Under the pieces are notes generated by a model, which saw only the letters and a program-made list of their open reading frames with translations, ran no database searches and had not been told where the DNA came from. The position numbers and the translations under genes were made by a program. A DNA stretch of 64,000 bases, from the NCBI GenBank assembly GCA_965198235.1, contig OZ240248.1, forward strand, positions 2,304,001 to 2,368,000, read 5' to 3'. The stretch comes from Candidatus Poribacteria bacterium (lineage in GTDB: Bacteria; Poribacteria; WGA-4E; WGA-3G). Positions 60,605 through 64,000 of the stretch are shown here, piece by piece (position 1 is the stretch's first letter; each line of letters starts with the position of its first letter).

Positions 60605-61552
60605 ATGTCAAAACTACGAGTTGCTGTCATCGGTTGCGGTGGGAGAGGTCGCGGTCACATGAAAATCCTTTCGGAATTTGACGATACTGATCTCGTTTCC
60701 GTTTGCGATCCGGTTGAAGCGGCACGAGACAATGCCGCGGACATGTTCAACGTTCCAACCCGCTACGAGAGCATTGAGGCGTTGTTGGACAACGAAGCCT
60801 TAGACGCTATTTTTGTCGCTACACCCGCACACCTCAATGGCGAGGCAGCACTCCCCTGTTTTGAACGCGGGGTCCACACGCTTTTAGAAAAACCACCGGG
60901 TATGAGTGTCTCAGAAACGGTCGCTTTGCGGAGTGCCGCAGAACGAACAGGCGCGAAAGGGATGGTGGGCTGGAACCGCCGCTTTCACCCGATCATCGTC
61001 GAGGCGAAACGTCAAGTTACCGCCCGCGGTCCCGTGACGCAAATCGTCGGTGAATTCCACAAGAGCATCACCCGATTGGCACAACACGGCAGATTCCCAG
61101 AACACTTGATGGACAACATGTTTCTGGAGACACCTATCCACGCGCTTGATGCGATCCGCGCCATCGCCGAAGCCGATGTCCAAGAAGTCCATAGTGTCGT
61201 TCAGCGGACAATCTCAGATTACAAAGATGTCCATGCTGCGCTCATTCTGTTTGATAACGGCTGTGTCGCCCAACACATCGCCAACTACACCACAGACGCA
61301 CGCCTTGAGCGTTATGAGATTCACGGTAGAGACATCTCTGCTTATCTTGAGGGGGTTTCCCACGGAACGGTTTTCTGCGATGGCACGCAACACAAACTCA
61401 CCGAAGCAGGCACCGGTGGCACTGTTGAGCAAAACAGGTATTTCTTGGATTGTGTCAAATCCGATACCCCCGTTTCGTTCCCTGCTGCCAACCTTGACGA
61501 GGCTGTTAAAACCATGCAACTCGCCGAAGCAATCCTAAGTGGATTGCGTTAA
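60605..61552 (+). CDS. Gfo/Idh/MocA oxidoreductase
   Basis: VIGCGGRG, EKPP, NRRF, IHALD. Confidence 0.9.
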   Translation: MSKLRVAVIGCGGRGRGHMKILSEFDDTDLVSVCDPVEAARDNAADMFNVPTRYESIEALLDNEALDAIFVATPAHLNGEAALPCFERGVHTLLEKPPGMSVSETVALRSAAERTGAKGMVGWNRRFHPIIVEAKRQVTARGPVTQIVGEFHKSITRLAQHGRFPEHLMDNMFLETPIHALDAIRAIAEADVQEVHSVVQRTISDYKDVHAALILFDNGCVAQHIANYTTDARLERYEIHGRDISAYLEGVSHGTVFCDGTQHKLTEAGTGGTVEQNRYFLDCVKSDTPVSFPAANLDEAVKTMQLAEAILSGLR

Positions 61553-61612
61553 TCAATTTTGAAACTTTCGCTGGCGAGGTTTGCAACCTCGCCTTTCAAA
61601 AGGAACACGACG

Positions 61613-62437
61613 ATGCCAACCCTCGACGAACGCTTTGAAGCCTATAAAACCGATGGTTTCACAATCTTTGAGAAGGTTTTTGACGAACCCCAAATGCAAA
61701 GTTGGCGAGAGAAACATCACGAACTCTCCGCAGCCAATGACCGGCAAATGTGGTTCGGAAATACGCTTGAATTGGCACCTGAACTGATGTGGTCCGCTGT
61801 CGCTCACCCGACCATTCTTGAATTTGTAGAAAAGGTGATGGGTCCTTTTGTGCAATTAGACAACCTCACGCTCGCCGCCTTTGCATCAATTGAAAAGGAA
61901 AAAGCGGAGGGCAGAGTCTCTGGATGGCACCGTGATCGCTGGGCACACGTTCCTTTTACCAATGCCTATCATCGCCCGAACGCCATCAACGCGATATCCT
62001 ATTTGCAGGACTTAACAGATGCGTACGGACCCCTCCGTGTCATTGTCGGCTCGCATCGAAAACCGATTACCATAGAGGATTCGCAACGTAGCGTCCCACA
62101 TCCCGACGAAACACTGGTCCACATGGAAGCTGGCGATGTCGTTATCACACATAACGGACTCATCCACTCCGGCACACCGAATACCTCTGAAAACTTACGC
62201 TATTTCTTCAGTATCTATTATAACCTGACATGGTTGAAACATACCGATCATCACACGGGTCCCCATACCCAAAAGTTGTTGGAAACTGCGAAAGCCACCA
62301 ATAATCATCAACACATGCGGCTCCTCGGTATGGACGAGCAACTCCAACCCCGATGCAACTCTGGCTTCCTCTGCTCCGACGAAGAACGCTGGGAAGAGTG
62401 GGCAACCGCTGACCGAGAAGCGATAAAGGAGGTATAA
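61613..62437 (+). CDS. Phytanoyl-CoA dioxygenase (PhyH) family protein
   Basis: WHRD, GSH, AGDVV, IHSG. Confidence 0.88.
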   Translation: MPTLDERFEAYKTDGFTIFEKVFDEPQMQSWREKHHELSAANDRQMWFGNTLELAPELMWSAVAHPTILEFVEKVMGPFVQLDNLTLAAFASIEKEKAEGRVSGWHRDRWAHVPFTNAYHRPNAINAISYLQDLTDAYGPLRVIVGSHRKPITIEDSQRSVPHPDETLVHMEAGDVVITHNGLIHSGTPNTSENLRYFFSIYYNLTWLKHTDHHTGPHTQKLLETAKATNNHQHMRLLGMDEQLQPRCNSGFLCSDEERWEEWATADREAIKEV

Positions 62438-62440
62438 CGG

Positions 62441-63187
62441 ATGGCAAATCCAAGCGTAGTGCCACCAACGCTCAACGTTGAACTGGATCACCAACTGCAA
62501 CAAGAGGTCAACTTCTTTCTCAATTGGGGATACCTCATTGTCGACAACGCCGCAACACCAGAGCAGATCGAGTCGTTGCGCGAGGCACTCGATGAAAGTT
62601 ACGAACGCAACAACAAAAGCCAATTCATTGGTGAACTGCTTGAAGAGGATGATCGGTTCGCATTTCTGTTAGACAACCCACCCGTCCTGAAGCGGATGGA
62701 AGCCATATTGGGGACCTGTGTCCAACTCCACAGCGCGACAGCGCGCATTACTGAACCCGGAACGCCAGATCAGCATTGGCATCGCGATGGTCCCTGGCCC
62801 GTCGCACCGAATGGAACGCCTTACGGGAGTCTCCCCGCACAGATTAACTGTGGCTATTATCTCGACGAAGTCACCGATGAAAACGGTCCCACGGTTATCC
62901 AACCCGGCAGCCACAGGGCACTTTTCCGTCCACCCCCTACTCCTGTCGAATTGCCCGATGAAAAACGGGTACTCGTCTCTCCCGGACAAGCGGTTATGTT
63001 CGACGGATGGACATGGCATCGTGGTGCTGCTAACAATTCTTCAGAATGTCGACGCGTCTGCCTGATGTGCTACCAGAACGCGTGGATGAAGTCTCGCGAA
63101 CCCTTTGACGGTCCCCGGGTCACAAAACTCCGAGAAGGGGGTACACCGCAACGGCAGCTCTTACTCGGCGCGATCCCAAAATGGTAA
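62441..63187 (+). CDS. Phytanoyl-CoA dioxygenase (PhyH) family protein
   Basis: WHRD, NGPT..PGSH, WHRG, RR. Confidence 0.9.
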   Translation: MANPSVVPPTLNVELDHQLQQEVNFFLNWGYLIVDNAATPEQIESLREALDESYERNNKSQFIGELLEEDDRFAFLLDNPPVLKRMEAILGTCVQLHSATARITEPGTPDQHWHRDGPWPVAPNGTPYGSLPAQINCGYYLDEVTDENGPTVIQPGSHRALFRPPPTPVELPDEKRVLVSPGQAVMFDGWTWHRGAANNSSECRRVCLMCYQNAWMKSREPFDGPRVTKLREGGTPQRQLLLGAIPKW

Positions 63188-63236
63188 AGTAGTAGGCACG
63201 CTCCGTCGTGTGCCTATAAAACGAAGGAATCCAGAA

Positions 63237-64000
63237 ATGAATCTCGCTTATATTGTTATTGATACACTCCGCTACGACTACATCGGTGCGAACGGAAATA
63301 ACTGGATAGAAACACCCAATATTGATCGGTTTGCCTCCAAAGCCTTGGCATACGACTATGCTTTCTGTGCGAGTTTTCCAACTATTCCCTACCGCACTGA
63401 TGTTATCACTGGGCAATACGGCGCGCCCTTCCATGCCTGGAAACCGCTCCGCCACGAGCGCCAAACTTTACCGTGGACGCTCGCAGGAAACGGCTACGCG
63501 ACACAACTCATTCACGATACACCACACCTTGTCAATGGCGGACATAACTTCGATTGGCCCTTCCACGCTTGGACATTCGTTCGCGGTGCGGAAGTAGACA
63601 GAGACTGGATCACCGATACTGTCGTGTGGCCCGACAACTGGACACGTCAACCCCTTTTTGATTGTGTCGATGACAAAGCCGCCGAATCAGGTATGCTTCG
63701 CAGTTACGCACGCGCAAACAGAAACCGCAAAAAACCTGAAGATTGGAACTGTGCACGACTCTTCAACACTGCTGCGCAATTCCTCAAAGACAATGCCAAA
63801 CGAGACAATTTCTTCCTCTGGATAGACTGCTTCGATCCTCACGAACCTTGGGATTCTCCGCTTGAGTTCATGAAAAAATACGATACCCGTCCGGGTTACG
63901 ACGGACGCGTTGATCCGCGCAGTCTTGGAGCGCGGGGTAATGCGAAGCTCTCAGATGAAGCGAAACAACACATCAAAGCGCAATACGCCGCGAAACTCAC
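63237..64000 (+). CDS. Sulfatase-like hydrolase, truncated by the window end; Thr at the formylglycine position
   Basis: Manual translation: MNLAYIVIDTLRYD...TPNIDRFA...SFPTIPYRTDVITG...FFLWIDCFDPHEPW; absent from the ORF track because it has no stop in the window. Confidence 0.88.
   Translation, partial: MNLAYIVIDTLRYDYIGANGNNWIETPNIDRFASKALAYDYAFCASFPTIPYRTDVITGQYGAPFHAWKPLRHERQTLPWTLAGNGYATQLIHDTPHLVNGGHNFDWPFHAWTFVRGAEVDRDWITDTVVWPDNWTRQPLFDCVDDKAAESGMLRSYARANRNRKKPEDWNCARLFNTAAQFLKDNAKRDNFFLWIDCFDPHEPWDSPLEFMKKYDTRPGYDGRVDPRSLGARGNAKLSDEAKQHIKAQYAAKL

Overview
A bacterial chromosomal segment of about 47% GC (estimated by eye). Gene content suggests Candidatus Poribacteria or a similar sponge-associated lineage (inference): PhyH-type dioxygenases, Gfo/Idh/MocA oxidoreductases, a sulfatase-like hydrolase, long TPR arrays and a DUF6785-type membrane protein. 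Housekeeping genes are nadC, dnaN, ssrA/smpB, hflX, tRNA-Leu(CAA), uvrC, trmB and glnD, plus two ABC-type operons. Accessory loci are: (i) a candidate undescribed four-gene defence operon made of 12xTPR fused to an orphan type IIG target-recognition domain, a PrrC/RloC-like ABC-ATPase-HEPN, a TPR protein ending in an antitoxin-like helix, and a Doc toxin; (ii) a type II R-M pair; (iii) a tnpB-only IS605-family element sitting in a broken flotillin gene; (iv) a defence cluster with a helicase-less type ISP/IIG-like R-M enzyme, a short repeat array and an Avs-like STAND NTPase. Several families of small palindromic repeats are scattered through the window. One has a conserved loop with freely varying stems and often ends exactly at a start codon; others appear to have inserted in-frame into uvrC and a YibE/F gene. 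The terminal catabolic cluster includes an HxG (halogenase-type) Fe/2OG enzyme and a sulfatase-fold protein with Thr at the catalytic position. All family assignments come from motif recognition by eye; no database searches were run.
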